A stretch of 63,067 bases of DNA, filler included, from Octopus bimaculoides (lineage: Eukaryota): assembly GCF_001194135.2 (NCBI RefSeq). It is 5 parts of 4 records of this genome, joined end to end, with 100 filler letters (N's around TTAATTAATTAA, not from the genome) between each part and the next. Parts side by side here need not be neighbours in the genome. Positions count along the whole stretch, not along the records: positions 61,550 to 63,067 come from NW_026355837.1; 4 more parts are not named here. The stretch is one strand, 5' to 3'. Shown one piece after another: positions 62,026 to 63,067 of this stretch. A program made the translations under genes and the position numbers. The notes beneath the pieces were generated by a model. The model worked only from the letters and a program-made list of their open reading frames with translations. It searched no databases and was not told the DNA's origin. Positions within the stretch are counted from its first letter, which is position 1; every line of letters begins with the position of its first letter.

Positions 62026-62818
62026 GGGATAACTACAGAGTTGTACCCCCCAGATTTTGGAAGGTCATAACGTTCAGAAAAATGAATATTTTTTAATGCA
62101 ATTTTCTATGCATATAGTATTTACTATGTAGAATCCGATTATACAAACAATTACGCTGAAAGTGTTTTGGAATGGAGGGGGGGTGTTTAGGAGCATGTCG
62201 TCCATAATTGTTTCATTTTTCTCTATTATGTGCGTATGTGCATCGGTAGATTTCTAATGAAGTAATACGCTGCTTCTGTTCTCTTCTACTTCTCTACTAG
62301 AAACGTTTACTTTGGAATTTACTTCTATTGAGAAAAAAAAAATCGGGTGCATGTTATTTTTAACGTAAGTTTTCTTATGACGGCTTCTCTTCACTGCCTA
62401 TTACTTCATTAGAAATCTACGGATGCACATACGCACATAATAGAGAAAAATGAAACAAATATGGACGACTTGCTCCGATACACCACCGAGTGGGGAACGC
62501 TTCTCAGAAATAACCTGCAGCTGTTTCCTTCAAAATTCCTACATGTCCGAAATGCACATACATCAAGGTATACTTGTAGAAAATTTCACGAAAAAATATT
62601 AATTTTCCTGGAACTTAAGAAGAATTTAAGTTGAATCTGTTGGAATTTCCGAAAATTGTCCGCCACCCCCATTCCAAAACATTTTCACCGGAAATGTTTG
62701 TATATTCGGATTCTACATAGTAAATACTATATGCATAGAAAAGTTCATTAAAGAATATTCATTTTTCTGAAAGTTATGACCTTCCAAAGTCTGGTGGGTA
62801 CAACTCTGTAGTTATGCC
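62026..62818. mobile_element. Long-TIR MITE / foldback element in an (ATT)n tract
   Basis: 62026-62270 pairs with 62399-62475 plus 62660-62818; ends GGGATAACTACAGAG / CTCTGTAGTTATGCC, flanked by TA. Confidence 0.8.
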
Positions 62819-63067
62819 TATTATTATTATTATTTAAAATTTTTCCCACAACGGCGGCTTCGGGCAGGTAGTGAATAGACGATTATATTGACCCCTGTGT
62901 TCAACTGGTACTCATTTTTTAGACCCCGAAAGGATGAAAGGCAAAGTCAACTTCGGCGGAATTTGAACTCACACACTCATACAAATATCTGTCATTCTCT
63001 TCCAAATACGATCAACGGTCAAACATTTATTCCTTACAAACTGAATTTTTTTAATATCTTTCTTAAA

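Overview
Eukaryotic, AT-rich, microsatellite-dense genomic scaffold with many N gaps. The repeat landscape (tRNA-headed SINEs, (CA)n/(TACA)n tracts) strongly suggests a coleoid cephalopod, probably Octopus; this is inferred, not proven. There are two host genes. (1) Four consecutive in-frame internal exons of a TRPM1/3-like cation channel on + (31974-32202, 32616-32780, 34760-34978, 38464-38592); I found neither the preceding nor the following exon in the window. (2) A single-exon class A GPCR on - (47786-48898) that appears to sit antisense inside the TRPM intron after the last visible exon. The rest is mobile DNA: a Charlie-type hAT, DD37D and DD34D Tc1/mariner copies, a Helitron helicase remnant, RLE-type and RTE LINE fragments, a Ty3/gypsy gag plus LTR with a PEG10-like -1 frameshift signal, many SINEs and MITEs. 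The most notable unannotated signals are two hammerhead ribozyme folds. One has a fully canonical core (3518-3603, -). The other is a U3-A8 covariant core at the tip of a 137-nt rod (13373-13509, +). A sharply bounded CpG-depleted block (about 30.0-58.4 kb) looks like a gene-body methylation footprint and coincides with a segment between artificial 100-bp scaffold linkers. Repeat coordinates are approximate to a few bases; all counts were made by eye.
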